Shown here: piece by piece, positions 1 through 11,160 of the stretch
How the letters are laid out: each line of letters starts with the position of its first letter
Position numbering within the stretch: the stretch's first letter is position 1
Assembly (NCBI GenBank): GCA_963823655.1
Contig: CAWGMK010000010.1
Span: forward strand, 32,001 to 96,000
DNA: 64,000 bases
Source: an uncultured Bacillota bacterium
GTDB lineage: Bacteria; Bacillota; DTU025; MWDF01
Direction: 5' to 3'
The notes under the pieces: generated by a model
Database searches by the model: none
What the model saw: the letters and a program-made list of their open reading frames with translations, nothing else
What the model was told of the DNA's origin: nothing
Translations under genes and position numbers: made by a program

Positions 1-1441
1 CTCAGCGAGTGCTTCGTGACCGGCTGACCCTTGGCGTCCTTCATGACGTCGGCGTTGCCGTGGTCGGCCGTGATGGCCAGGAGGGCGCCCCTGCCGCCGG
101 CCGCGAGGGAGGCAGCGTCGGCAGCCAGGACCGCGTCGGCCACCCGGCCCAGGCAGCCATCGAGGAACGTGCAGGCCGTCACGGTGGCATCCCAGACGCC
201 GGTGTGGCCGACCATGTCCGGGTTGGCGAAGTTGGCCACGATGAGGTCGTACGCGCCCGACGCCGATGGCCGCCACCAGCTCGTCGGTGACACCGGCCGC
301 GCTCATCTCCGGCTGCAGGTCGTAGGTGGCCACCTTGGGGCTGGGCACGAGCCTGCGCTCCTCGCCCGGCCAGGCCTGCCTCCACGCCGCCGTTGAAGAA
401 GTACGTGACGTGGGCGTACTTCTCCGTCTCGGCCACGTGGAACTGGCGCCAGCCGAGGCCGGAGACGACCTCCGCGAAGCTGGCCACGACCATGGGCGGG
501 TAGGCCACCGCCACGGGCAGGCCGCCCTCGTACTCGGTGAGCGTCACGACGTCCGGGCGGGGCGCGTCGCGCGCCGCGGTCGAAGCGCGAGAAGTCGGCG
601 TCCACGAGGGCGTGGGTCAGCTGCCGCGCCCGGTCGGCCCGGAAGTTGAAGTGGATGACGACGTCGCCGTCGCGCACCCGGCCGTCCACGCCGGCGATCA
701 GCGTGGGCTTCACGAACTCGTCGTTCTCGCCGCGCGCGTAGGCCGCGGCGAGGGCCGCCGAGGCGCTGGCGGCCGGCTCCGTGCTCGAAGCCGCGGCCGT
801 GGACCATGGCCTCGTACCAGGCCTGCGTGCGCTCCCAGCGGTTGTCGCGGTCCATGCCGTAGTAGCGGCCGCCGATCATGGCGAAGCGGGCGCCGGGATG
901 GGCGCCGGCCAGGCGCGCCTCGAAGTCGGGGATGAAGCCGTCCGCGGAGCGGGGCGGCGTGTCACGGCCGTCGAGCAGGCCGTGGACGACGACGTCCTGT
1001 CACGCCCGCCTCGCGGGCCAGCTCCGCGATGGCCACCGCGTGGCGGTCCACGCGAGTGCACGCCGCCGGGCCCGATGAGCCCCACGAGGTGCAGGCGCGA
1101 GCCGCGCTCGGCGACCGTGCGCACCGCGGCCAGCAGCACGGCGTTCTGCGCGGAAGGAGCCGTCGGCGATCTCGGCGTCGATGCGGGGCAGGTCCTGGAG
1201 CACCGGCCGGCCGGCGCCGAGGTTGAGGTGCCCGACCTCGCTGTTGCCCATCTGCCCGTCGGGCAGCCCGACCGCGGCGCCGGAGGCCTCCAGCCGGGCG
1301 TGCGGCCACGTCGCCGAGCAGCGCCCGCCAGCGCGGCATGTCCGCGGCGGCGATGGCGTCCACGGCTGGGTCCGGCCCGATGCCGAAGCCGTCGATGACG
1401 ACGAGGACGATGGGGCACGGTCGTTCGGCCCGCGTGGTCAC
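1..1441 (-). CDS. gpmI: 2,3-bisphosphoglycerate-independent phosphoglycerate mutase (3' end runs off the window; frameshifted)
   Basis: Stitched ORFs give [76 protein letters not shown]. Confidence 0.95.
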
Positions 1442-1530
1442 AGCTGGGTTCTCCCTCTTCAAGATCGCCCGCCGGCGCGGGCGGCCGCCCGGGCGAGCGC
1501 CCGGGCGAGCGGTCAGGCGGCAGGCGGTCG

Positions 1531-2331
1531 CTAGGCGGCGGCGCGGGCGGCGGCGGTGATGCCGGCCCGGGCCACGATGCCGGCCATCTCGTCCGGCTTG
1601 AGGCTGGCGCCGCCCACGAGGGCGCCGTCGATGGCGGCCTCGTCGAGGAACTCGCCGATGGAGGCGCTCGTGACCGAGCCGCCGTAGAGGACGGGCGTGG
1701 CCTCCGCCTGCGCGGGGCTGGTCAGCTCCGCCAGCGTGGCGCGGATGGCGTCCGCCATCTCGGCGGCATCCTTGCCGCTGGCGGTCTTGCCGGTGCCGAT
1801 GGCCCAGACGGGCTCGTAGGCGATGACGAGGTCCGCCGGGACGGCGTGACCCTCGGCCACGATGACCTCCAGCGCGCCGCGCAGCTGGGCCTGGACGGTC
1901 TCGATGGCGCGGCCGCGCCTCGCGCTCCTCGAGCAGCTCGCCGACGCAGAGCATGGGCCGGATGCCGGCCTCCATGAGGCGCACGATCTTGCGGCCGATG
2001 AGCATGTCGGACTCGAGCTGGTCGCGCCGGCGCTCCGAGTGGCCGATGATGCACCAGGTCGACGAGGCCGGCCAGCATGGCGGCCGAGATCTCGCCCGTG
2101 TAGGCACCCTTGGCCTCGGCGTGCACGTTCTGGGCGCCCGACGGCCACGTCCGTGCCGGCCAGGGCCTCTCCGACGGCCGCCAGCGCCACGTACGGCGGG
2201 CAGATGATGCGGGTGACGCCGGCCACGTCCGTGGCGTCGGCGATGGAGCGGGCCAGCGGACCGGCGTCCGCTGGGGAAGTGTTCATCTTCCAGTTGGCAG
2301 TGATGATGACGGGTCGCATGCGGCCCATCAT
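1531..2331 (-). CDS. tpiA: Triosephosphate isomerase (frameshifted)
   Basis: [54 protein letters not shown]. Confidence 0.96.
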   Translation of the reverse strand: MMGRMRPVIITANWKMNTSPADAGPLARSIADATDVAGVTRIICPPYVALAAVGEALAGTDVAVGRPERARRGQGCLHGRDLGRHAGRPRRPGASSATRSAGATSSSPTCSSAARSCASWRPASGPCSASASCSRSARRGRAIETVQAQLRGALEVIVAEGHAVPADLVIAYEPVWAIGTGKTASGKDAAEMADAIRATLAELTSPAQAEATPVLYGGSVTSASIGEFLDEAAIDGALVGGASLKPDEMAGIVARAGITAAARAAA

Positions 2332-3119
2332 AGGTCGCCGGGCGGCGACGTGGTGGAGGCGACCGCCTCGAGGCGCTGGAAGGCCCGCTGCACCCGCGCG
2401 CGGCTCAGCCCGAGGCGCTCGGCGAGCTCCGTGAACGACGCCTCCGGGGCGCGCGCGGCGCTCGGCGGCCACGGCGCGCTCGAGGTCCGGCAGCTCGGCG
2501 AGGCGGCCCTCGGCCTCGAGCTGCTCGATGATGGCGATGTGGCGAGCGCTGGAGGCCACGGTGCGCGTCGAGGTTGGCGGTCTCAGCGTTGAGGACGCGG
2601 TTGAGGTGGCCCTGCAGCTGGCGCATGACGAGGCGCGACTCCACCTCCAGGACGCTGGCGCTCGGCGCCGCAGGAGCGCAGGAAGGCCGAGGACGGTGTC
2701 CGTGCGCTTCCAGGTCGCCACCGCCCGACCCCGGCGCAGCCGCCGGGTGGCCGGGAAGCCGAGCCTCGTCGAGCCGTCGGGCCAGCTCGTCGGCCTCCGC
2801 CGGCGGCACCACCAACTCGAGGTGCGGACCCTGCGCGCCCAGGCTCAGCGAGCCCACGGCCAGGAAGCGGCCGCGCAGCCAGGCGGCCCGGCAGTGGCCG
2901 CGCGCCGTGCCCAGTCGAAGACGGCGGCAGGCGTCCTGGCGGCTCGGCGTCCTCGTCGGCCAGGCGCACGGCCAGCCGGGCCACCGCGGGCGAGCGCGCC
3001 CGGCCGCGGGCAGCATCGCCGAGGCCGGCCCGCTCGGCCGTCCGGCAGCAGGCGCGGGGCGGGTCGATGGCCGCCAGCTCGGCACGCACGGCCTCCACGA
3101 GCTCGCTGGAGCTGGCCAC
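2328..3119 (-). CDS. whiA: WhiA-family DNA-binding protein (frameshifted, short)
   Basis: [17 protein letters not shown]-terminus, [31 protein letters not shown]-terminal HTH-like segment; sits after rapZ-yvcK as in the conserved operon. Confidence 0.8.
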
Positions 3120-3135
3120 GCGGCGGTCGCCTGAG

Positions 3136-4472
3136 TCAGGCGCTGCGCACGGGCGCCACCGGCCGGGCCGCGGCGTGCGCGTCCAGCAGCCGCACGAGGG
3201 CCTCCGCCAGGCGCTGCGGGTCGTGGCGGTGGGCGTTCGCAGGGTCCACCAGCCCGCTCAGCACCAGCCGTGGGCGCGCGCCGCCGGCCGGCATGTCGAT
3301 GCGCACCGGCTCGGCCGGGTAGTCCTCCGGCACGCGGGCAGCGTGGTCGTCGTTGGCGAGGATGACGTCGATGAGCTGGCCGACGCCGTGGGCGCGGAGG
3401 GCCGCCAGGTGCTCGGACAGCGTGTAGCCCTCCGTCTCGCCGGGCTGCGTGGCCACGTTGGCGACGTAGACGCGCAGGCCGCGGGCGCCCTCGATGGCCG
3501 AGCGGATGCCCGGCACCAGCAGGCTGGGCAGGAGGCTGGTGTAGAGGCGAGCCCGGGCCCATGACGATGAGGTCGGCGGCGCGGATGGCCTCCGCGGCCT
3601 CCGGGCTGGCCTCCACGCGGGCGGGGCTGAGCCAGACCCGGCGGATGCCGCGCGAGCGCATGATGCGCGACTGGCCCACGAGATGCGAGCCGTCCGCGAG
3701 CTCCGCGTTGAGGCTCAGGGCGACCGGGGCCGCCGGCACGACCTGGCCGCGCACGGCCAGGACGCGGTTGGCCTGGCGCACGCCCTCCTCGAAGTCGCCG
3801 GTGATGTCCACCATGGCCGCGATGAGCAGGTTGCCGAAGGCGTGGCCGGCCAGCCCGGGCTCGCCATCGGTGGCCGGGAAGCGGTACTGCATGAGGCTGT
3901 TCATGGTCGGCTCGGCGTCCGCCAGGGCCGCGATGCAGTTGCGGATGTCGCCCACGGGCGGCACGCCCGAACTCCTCGCGGAGCTTGCCCGACGAGCCGC
4001 CGTCGTCCGCGACCGTGACGATGGCCGTGATGTTGCTGCTGACCTCCTTGAGGCCGCGCAGCAGCGTGGAGAGGCCGGTCCCGCCGCCGATGGCCACGAT
4101 GCGCGGGCCGCGCGCCAGCGAACGCTTCTGGTAGACGAGCTCGACGAGCGGCTCGCGGCGAACCGGGAACGGCTCCAGGAGCACCGCCAGCAGGCGCCAC
4201 AGGCCGAGGCTGAAGACAGCCACGCCGATGGCGATGACCGCCAGCGGCCGCAGGGCGCCGGGCAGGAAGTTCAGGCTGATGACCTCGAAGAGCTGGCCCG
4301 CCAGGCTGTCCGCGGGCACCTCGCGAAAGGCGATGCGGATGGCCAGCGCGCCGGCCGTGGCCAGGATGGTGAGGCCCAGGAACATCACCAGCAGCCAGCG
4401 CTTGATGCCGGTGCCCGGCCGCAGCCAGCGGCGCAGGCGTGCCCAGCTGCCCTGTGCCCCCCGCGACGTCAC
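3136..4472 (-). CDS. yvcK: YvcK/GlmR (UPF0052, CofD-like) gluconeogenesis factor with N-terminal membrane helices
   Basis: IVAIGGGTGLSTLLRGLK, VTVADDGGSSGKLR, PVGDIRNCI, GHAFGNL, ADLIVMGPGS, NVATQPGETEG, RHDP. Confidence 0.92.
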
Positions 4473-5374
4473 CGGCGCTTCTCCAGCTCCCGGTGCCAGA
4501 CCATCACGGGGCCCATGTGCAGGTCGGCCAGCTGGGCGGCCAGTGCCTCCCCGATGGCGACCGAGCGGTGGAAGCCGCCGGTGCAGCCGATGGCGATGGT
4601 GAGGCGCGTCTTGCCCTCCGCGAGGTAGGCCGGGATGAGCGTGGCGAAGAGAGCGTCGAGGTGCTCCAGGAAGGCGGTCGTGATGGGCTGGCCAAGCACG
4701 AACTCACGCACCGGCTCCGTGAGGCCCGAGGAGGCGCGCAGCTCCGGTCGATAGAACGGGTTCTCCATGAAGCGCACGTCGAAGACGAGGTCCGCCTCCA
4801 GGGGCACGCCGTACTTGAAGCCGAAGCTGATGACCTGCAGCGAGAGCTGCTCGGGGCCGGGCTGCGCACCCAGGGCCGCCACGATGCGCTCGCGCAGCTG
4901 CTTGAAGGCCAGGTCCGTCGTGTCGATCGTCGTCTGGGCCATGTCCCGGACCTCGTCGAGCATCTGGCGCTCGCGGGCGATGGCCGACTGGACGCCGTCG
5001 TTCTGCGTGTCCAGGGGATGGCGGTGGCGGGTCTCCGAGTAGCGCCGCACGAGGGCCTCGTCACTGGCCTCCAGGAAGAAGACCTGGGGCACGATGTCGC
5101 GGCCGTGCAGGGCCCCCAGGGCCGCGCCGAGCGAGAGGCGGGCGTCACCCTGGCGCACGTCCAGGACGATGGCCACGCGGTCATAGCGCTCCGGGTCGTC
5201 GGCCACGAGCTCCGCAAGGTCACGCAGCAGCGGGCTGGGGACGTTGTCCACGACCGTGTAGCCGAGGTCCTCGAAGATCTTGCTCGTGGCCGTCTTGCCG
5301 GCGCCCGAGAGTCCCGTGATGATGGCCACGTGCTGGCCGCCCGGGGCGGTCGCGGGCGGCAGCGGCTCAGCCAT
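4469..5374 (-). CDS. rapZ: RNase adapter RapZ (YvcJ)
   Basis: IITGLSGAGKT, VDNVP, RRYSETRHRHPL, SFGFKYGVP..ADLVFDVRF, IAIGCTGGFHRSV; intact ORF. Confidence 0.96.
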   Translation of the reverse strand: MAEPLPPATAPGGQHVAIITGLSGAGKTATSKIFEDLGYTVVDNVPSPLLRDLAELVADDPERYDRVAIVLDVRQGDARLSLGAALGALHGRDIVPQVFFLEASDEALVRRYSETRHRHPLDTQNDGVQSAIARERQMLDEVRDMAQTTIDTTDLAFKQLRERIVAALGAQPGPEQLSLQVISFGFKYGVPLEADLVFDVRFMENPFYRPELRASSGLTEPVREFVLGQPITTAFLEHLDALFATLIPAYLAEGKTRLTIAIGCTGGFHRSVAIGEALAAQLADLHMGPVMVWHRELEKRR

Positions 5375-6173
5375 CGTCGGCCTCAGCCGCGGGCTCCGCC
5401 ACGACCTCACCGCGGTGGCGGCGCGACAGCAGCAGGATGGTGAACTCGAAGAGGGCGTACATCGTGCCCGCCAGCACCAGCGGGCTGACCGGGTCGCCGC
5501 CGGGCGTCACGACCACGGCGAAGACGACCACGCCGACGAGCACGTAGCGGCGCATGGACCGCAGCTGGGTCACGTTCAGGATGCCCAGGCGGTCCAGGAA
5601 GACGAGCAGGATGGGGAACTGCATGACCAACCCGAAGATGAGGAAGATGAAGGTCACGAAGCCGAAGTAGGCCTCCGCGCTGGGCATGGCCACGAGGGTG
5701 CCGTCGATCTGGAAGCTGAGCAGGAAGCCAACCGCGTAGGGCAGCGTGACCCACGCCACGAGCGTGCCGAGCAGGAAGAAGATGACGCTCATGGGGATCC
5801 AGGGCAGGGCCGAGCGTCGCTCGTGGGGCGTGAGACCCGGTGCCACGAAGGCCCAAGCCTGGTAGAGGATGATGGGCAGGGCCAGCAGGAGGCCGACGAT
5901 GATGGCCACCCGCAGGTGCACCATGAAGCCGCCCGAGAGGGTCAGGAAGACGACCTCGCCGTTGGGGATGGGTGACACCAGGAGCTTGATGATGCTTGGC
6001 GCCAGCATGAAGCCCAAGGCCGCGCCGAGGAGCACGGCCAGGATGCTGATGGCGACGCGGCGGCGCAGCTCGGAGAGGTGGTCCACGAGCGGCATCGTGG
6101 CCGGCTCGTGACTGGCTCCCGCCGCATCGATGCCATCGGGGAGACCCTCCCCGGCTTCCATCACGTCGCTCAT
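5367..6173 (-). CDS. tatC: Twin-arginine translocase subunit TatC
   Basis: MPLVDHLSELRRR, YQAWAFVAPGL, FQFP-like MQFP, VVTPGGDP; about six hydrophobic helices. Confidence 0.95.
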   Translation of the reverse strand: MSDVMEAGEGLPDGIDAAGASHEPATMPLVDHLSELRRRVAISILAVLLGAALGFMLAPSIIKLLVSPIPNGEVVFLTLSGGFMVHLRVAIIVGLLLALPIILYQAWAFVAPGLTPHERRSALPWIPMSVIFFLLGTLVAWVTLPYAVGFLLSFQIDGTLVAMPSAEAYFGFVTFIFLIFGLVMQFPILLVFLDRLGILNVTQLRSMRRYVLVGVVVFAVVVTPGGDPVSPLVLAGTMYALFEFTILLLSRRHRGEVVAEPAAEADDG

Positions 6174-6206
6174 CGGGACCTCGCGCCGTCCGCGCTCAAG
6201 GCCCGG

Positions 6207-6578
6207 TCAGGCCCGCGGGGCGTCGTCGGTGGCTGCCGTGCCGGGATGAGGTGCCGGGCTCTGAACCGGCTGCGGTGCAGCCTCGACGGATGCGTCCGCG
6301 AGGGGCGCCGCCGGAGCCGGTGGCTCGGCAGAGGCGGGCGCTGTGACGGGCGTCGGTGACACTGCCGCCGCCGCGACCGGGGCGGGCGCGGGCGAGACCG
6401 TCTTGGCGTCAGCGCTGACGGTCGCCGATTCCGTGATGTCCGTGGAGGCCTTGCGGAACTCCCGGATCGTCTTGCCAACGGCCTGTCCCATCTCCGGGAG
6501 TCGCCGCGGACCGACGACCAGCAGCAGCACAGCCAGGATGATGATGAGCTCAATGGGCCCGATGTTCGGGAGTCCCAT
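6207..6578 (-). CDS. tatA: Twin-arginine translocase TatA/B subunit
   Basis: IGPIELIIILAVLLLVVGPRRLPEMGQAVGKTIREFRK followed by an Ala/Pro-rich tail. Confidence 0.9.
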   Translation of the reverse strand: MGLPNIGPIELIIILAVLLLVVGPRRLPEMGQAVGKTIREFRKASTDITESATVSADAKTVSPAPAPVAAAAVSPTPVTAPASAEPPAPAAPLADASVEAAPQPVQSPAPHPGTAATDDAPRA

Positions 6579-6655
6579 GCGATCCTCCGACGACGTGGGC
6601 TGACGGTTCGAATGCTAGCACCCGGCCCCGGCCGGGGAACGCCGCTCGCCACCCA

Positions 6656-8134
6656 TCAGGGTGGCGGTGGCGCTCCATCGGAAGGGGCGGAGGCCGCGGC
6701 GCCAGGAGCCTGGCTGGCGAGGACACCCTCCGGCACGTCCAGGCCGCCGGTGGCGTCCGGCAGCTGGTCGGCGGGGATGAACCATTCGGGCGGTGAGTCG
6801 CCGTCGATGTTGCCGTCATCGGTGACGGGACGGTCCTCGACGAGCGTGATCTTGCCGTCAGGCGCGATGTCCAGGGTCATGACGCGAACGTCGATGGCCA
6901 CGCCGTCCCGGTGCAGGTAGGCGATCTGGCTGCCATCCGGCGAGACGACGGGCGCGAAGCTGCTGCCGTCATCCGTGAGGAGCACGCGCACGTCTCCGCG
7001 GCGCGGGTCAAGGATGGCGATGTCACGACCGATGCCACGGGTCGCCTCGACCGCCAGCCAGGCGCCATCCGGCGACCAGGATGGGTGCGCGAATCCGGGC
7101 CGCAGCAGCCTGGTCGGACCGGCGGTGCAGTTCCTGCCTGACTGGCAGGTGTGGATGCCGATGCGCGGCACGCCGTCCGTACCCTGGGCGTTGTTGTACG
7201 TGAAGGCGATCTTCGACCCGTCCGGGCTGAAGGCTGGGTCGTTGTGCCCCAGATCGCCATCGGCCGGGGCGGCGACCTTCTCCATGCGGCCGCTGCGGAT
7301 CCCGATGAGGTGCAGCTCCACCGGTCCACTGCCGTCGGGGCCATCACTGGCGACCGCAAGGGTGTCTCCGTCAGGGCTCACATCCGGCTGCAGCACGTGA
7401 CTGAACCAGGTCCCGGCACTGTCCTTGATCAGGGCGTCGTAGACCTCCTCGCGTTCAGAGCCATCAGCCTTCATGCGCCAGACGTCCGTCACGTACAGCG
7501 TGTAGAGGCCGCCGGCCCGAGAATTGGCGGTCGGCCGCCGCGTCGTGCGGATGAAGTAGATGCGCTTGCCGTCGGGTGACCAGGTGGGGCTGGAGTCGGA
7601 CTTGGTGGCGTCGGCATCGGTGAGTCGGCGCAGCTCGCGGCCCGTGGCCGCCCAGATGTCCCCGGCACGGCTGAAGACGATGGTGCCCTCCACGTCCGCC
7701 CGCTGGTCGGGCGGCGGCTCCACGATGTCGGGAAGCGCCGATGCCTGGGGCTCGACCACCACCGGCGCGTCAGTCGCGCCGGCCGCGGCGACGGGCGCGG
7801 GTGTCGCCTCCGGTCCCGGGGAGGGTGCCCCAGAGGCGACGGCAGCCTCCCGTCCGAGATCCACGCTGAGGAAGGTCATGGCCGTCACGCTGCCGACGCC
7901 GACGAGCAGCAGGCCGATGAAGGCCAGCAATGGCGCCAGGACGGGCGAGTTGCGCGGTGGCCTGGAGCGGGGCGGCAGGGGCTCCTGGGCCGGCAGGTAC
8001 GGGGGGCGATAGACGGGCTCCGCGAAGCCGGAGGCCTTCCCCGGGGCTCCCTGCCGGCCGAAGCCGACCGGGGGCAGCTGCGGCGGGTAGGCGCCTGGGC
8101 TTCCCGATGGTTCGCGGGGTGGGCGACCCGTCAC
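6656..8134 (-). CDS. Membrane-anchored TolB-like beta-propeller (PD40 repeats)
   Basis: One TM helix, then repeated PxWSPDG, PAFSPDG and PDVSPDG motifs. Confidence 0.8.
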   Translation of the reverse strand: MTGRPPREPSGSPGAYPPQLPPVGFGRQGAPGKASGFAEPVYRPPYLPAQEPLPPRSRPPRNSPVLAPLLAFIGLLLVGVGSVTAMTFLSVDLGREAAVASGAPSPGPEATPAPVAAAGATDAPVVVEPQASALPDIVEPPPDQRADVEGTIVFSRAGDIWAATGRELRRLTDADATKSDSSPTWSPDGKRIYFIRTTRRPTANSRAGGLYTLYVTDVWRMKADGSEREEVYDALIKDSAGTWFSHVLQPDVSPDGDTLAVASDGPDGSGPVELHLIGIRSGRMEKVAAPADGDLGHNDPAFSPDGSKIAFTYNNAQGTDGVPRIGIHTCQSGRNCTAGPTRLLRPGFAHPSWSPDGAWLAVEATRGIGRDIAILDPRRGDVRVLLTDDGSSFAPVVSPDGSQIAYLHRDGVAIDVRVMTLDIAPDGKITLVEDRPVTDDGNIDGDSPPEWFIPADQLPDATGGLDVPEGVLASQAPGAAASAPSDGAPPPP

Positions 8135-9900
8135 GCCGGGCCACCCTGAGCGGCGATCACGACCGGGCTTCCTGCCGCTGCGGCGGCACGAAGCCTGCCG
8201 AGCGTGCCCGCGGCCGCGACGTCACGGACCTCCAACTGCAGCGTCTCCAGCCCCGCGAAGGTCCGACTGGTGAGGCGCGCCACGACGTCGATCTCAAGAC
8301 CCTCCGTGAGCTGCTCGGCGAGGTCGGCCCGACCGAAGCAGATGCCGTCGACCACCTCTCGTCCTCTGCGCAGCGTGAGCTGGGTGTGGCCGCCGCTTGC
8401 GACGCGGGCACGAACCACGACGAGGCCCGCGACGCCGACGAGCGGAGGCGCCTCAGCGGCGTCCTCCAGCGGTGCCAACTCGCGCAAGAGTACGTAATCC
8501 GCGGCAACTGCGCTCTGGACGAGGTCGATGGCCAGGGTGGGCCTGCGATCGCTGAACGGCTGGGCGGCGGCGAAGTCGGCCAGCCTCGCCCGCAACTCCG
8601 GGACACGCCCTGCGTCCACGTGACAGCCGGCTGCGGCGGGGTGCCCCCCGTGGCGCTCCAGGAGGTCGCGGCAGGCCTGGAACGCGGCTGCGACGTCCAC
8701 CCCACCGGCGCTTCGCGCCGAGCCGCGCCACGGCGTGACGGCCGTGGAGAGCGCCAACACCGGGCGCCCGGTCTCCTCCGCGAGTCGGCCGGCCACGAGC
8801 CCGATGACGCCGACGGGCCAGTCCCCCTCGAGCACGATGAAGGCGTCATCCACGGCAGGGGCCAGGCGCCCGCGTGCGTCCGCCATGGCCGCCGACGTCA
8901 GGTCCCGGCGCTGCACGTTGGCGGCTTCGAGCTGGGCTGCCAGTCCGGCTGCCTCAACGTCATCCCGCGCCAGCAGCAGCGCCGCGGCGACGCCAGGGTC
9001 ACCGATGCGGCCCATGGCGTTGAGGCGCGGCGCAAGGCCGAAGGAGATGTCCTCCGTGGAGAGGTCATCCGTGTCAAGCCGGGCGGCAGCCAGCAGCGCG
9101 GCCAGGCCCGGTCGCGGCGCCTGGCCCAGTCGGCGCAAGCCGAGGCGCACGATGGCCCGGTTCTCACCGGCGATGGGCACCACGTCCGCGACCGACCCGA
9201 TGGCAGCCAGGTCCACCAACGCCAGGGCGGCGTCTGCACCGCCGGGACGATCGGCCATGAGGAGCTGCGCCACCTTGAAGGCGACCCCGGCACCGGATAG
9301 ACGACGGTCCGGATAACGACTCTCCGGCCGCTGCAGGTTCACGAGCGCCAGGGCGTCCGGCCGCTCCGGTCCCAGGACGTGGTGGTCGGTGATGATGACG
9401 TCGATCCCTGCCTGCCGGGCTGCCGCGACCTCCGCGAGGCTGGTGGAACCCGTGTCCACGGTGACGATGAGTCCGTGACCCGCTTCCTGGGCGCGCTCCA
9501 CGGCAGCCATGGAGAGCCCGTGGCCCTCCGCCGTGCGGTGCGGGACGTACGGCTCAGCCTGCATGCCGAGCCAGCGCAGCGCTTCCACCAGGATGGCCAG
9601 CCCGGTCAGGCCATCGGCATCGAAGTCGCCCAGGACGAGGACCGACTCCCCTGCCCGGCGGGCCCGATCGATGCGGGCCTGCACCACGTCCGCGTCCGGC
9701 AGCGAGCGGGGGTCGTGCAGGCCGGCTTCCGGCTCGTCGAAGCGCGAGGCCAGCTCCGCGGCATCCACGGGGCCACGCCGGGAAAGCACGCGTAAGGCGC
9801 GGGCGGAGAGGCCCCGCCGCTGGGCCTCCTCGATGGTGGACGCCGTGAGCACGTGCGGTGGTGGCACGACCCAGTGATAGCGGGGCTGCAGCTCGGTCAT
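8131..9900 (-). CDS. recJ: Single-stranded-DNA-specific exonuclease RecJ
   Basis: GDFDADGLT, VTVDTG, ITDHH (DHH motif), SGAGVAFK, GSVADVVP, APRLNAMGR, GSARS, GGHPAAAG. Confidence 0.95.
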   Translation of the reverse strand: MTELQPRYHWVVPPPHVLTASTIEEAQRRGLSARALRVLSRRGPVDAAELASRFDEPEAGLHDPRSLPDADVVQARIDRARRAGESVLVLGDFDADGLTGLAILVEALRWLGMQAEPYVPHRTAEGHGLSMAAVERAQEAGHGLIVTVDTGSTSLAEVAAARQAGIDVIITDHHVLGPERPDALALVNLQRPESRYPDRRLSGAGVAFKVAQLLMADRPGGADAALALVDLAAIGSVADVVPIAGENRAIVRLGLRRLGQAPRPGLAALLAAARLDTDDLSTEDISFGLAPRLNAMGRIGDPGVAAALLLARDDVEAAGLAAQLEAANVQRRDLTSAAMADARGRLAPAVDDAFIVLEGDWPVGVIGLVAGRLAEETGRPVLALSTAVTPWRGSARSAGGVDVAAAFQACRDLLERHGGHPAAAGCHVDAGRVPELRARLADFAAAQPFSDRRPTLAIDLVQSAVAADYVLLRELAPLEDAAEAPPLVGVAGLVVVRARVASGGHTQLTLRRGREVVDGICFGRADLAEQLTEGLEIDVVARLTSRTFAGLETLQLEVRDVAAAGTLGRLRAAAAAGSPVVIAAQGGPA

Positions 9901-9936
9901 GAGCTGGCAGTCTGAGCCGAGGGACTTCACCCCGGC

Positions 9937-11160
9937 TTAGGCCGGGCTTGCCTTCGCCGGGCTCTTCTTGCCAGCCGCCGCGACCCTCGCCCGGCGGCGG
10001 TCATCCCAGAGGTGCCAGTCGAGGAAGAGCGGCACAGCCACGAAGACGGAGGAGTAGGTGCCCGTGATGACGCCGATGAGCAGCGCCAGGGTGAACGGCC
10101 GGATGGCCTCACCGCCGAAGACGAACAGCGCCAGGAGCGTCAGGACGAGCGTCAGGGAGGTGGTGATGGAGCGACCCAGCGTCTGCGTGATGCTGTGGTT
10201 CACGATCTGGTCCAGCGGGTCGCCCACGTACCGAGCGCGGTTCTCGCGGACCCGGTCGAAGACCACGATCGTGTCGTGCACGGAGAAGCCGATGACGGTC
10301 AGCATGGCCGTCACGAAGAGGGCGTCGATCTGGAGGCCGATGAGCGTGCCCAGGATGGCGAAGATGCCGACCGTGACGATGACGTCGTGGAGCAGCGCGA
10401 TGACCGCCGTGACGCCCATGCGCACGTCGCGGAAGCGGAAGCTGATCCAGGCCATGATGCCCAGCGAGGCGAAGATGATGAGCATGAAGGTCTGCTGGAT
10501 GAGCTCCGCGCTCACGACGGCACCGACCGAGTCCTGCTGACGAACCTCGTCGATGCGCCCGAACTCCTCCTGGAGCGCCGTTGCCAGGGCACCGAATTGG
10601 CCGGTGGTGGGCACGCCGCCTACCGGTCCGTCGGCGGCGTCGCCGGTCGCGGGGACGGCTGATGCGCCTGGCGCGGGGACTGGCGGGGCCGGAGACTGGT
10701 CGGGGGCCGGAGACTGGTCGGGGGCCGGGGACGCATCGGCCGCGAGTGAGGCAGCCGGCGCCGTCGCGGCCGCAGCGGTGGGCTCCACGGGGGCTGCGGA
10801 TGCGGCGGCGGGCGATGCCGATGCGACGGCGGCAGCAGCCGAGCCTTCCACCACCGTGGGCCCCTCCAGGGCCAGCGCCTCCGTCCGGATCAGCACGTAC
10901 TCACGCTCGTCTGACCCCGTGATGGCGACGTCAGAACCCGCCAGGCCCTGCTCCTCCAGGATGGCGCGAACCGCGTTGGGGTCCGGCGCACCGTCCTCGA
11001 AGTGGACCTCCCAGACCGTGCCGCCCGTGTAGGCGATGGAGAACTGCAGGCCCAGGCCGGCGTTGGGGATGAACGTGGAGAACATGAAGAGCAGGCAGAT
11101 GACCGTCAGGACGGCGCTGAAGATGTAGCCGTAGTGGCGCTTGCCGACCCAATCAAACAC
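9937..11160 (-). CDS. secF: Protein translocase subunit SecF
   Basis: SIAYTGGT, ALLHDV, LTVIGFSVHDTIVVFDRVRE, TLGRSITTS, GTYSSVFVA; GTG start overlaps the secD stop. Confidence 0.95.
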   Translation of the reverse strand: MFDWVGKRHYGYIFSAVLTVICLLFMFSTFIPNAGLGLQFSIAYTGGTVWEVHFEDGAPDPNAVRAILEEQGLAGSDVAITGSDEREYVLIRTEALALEGPTVVEGSAAAAVASASPAAASAAPVEPTAAAATAPAASLAADASPAPDQSPAPDQSPAPPVPAPGASAVPATGDAADGPVGGVPTTGQFGALATALQEEFGRIDEVRQQDSVGAVVSAELIQQTFMLIIFASLGIMAWISFRFRDVRMGVTAVIALLHDVIVTVGIFAILGTLIGLQIDALFVTAMLTVIGFSVHDTIVVFDRVRENRARYVGDPLDQIVNHSITQTLGRSITTSLTLVLTLLALFVFGGEAIRPFTLALLIGVITGTYSSVFVAVPLFLDWHLWDDRRRARVAAAGKKSPAKASPA

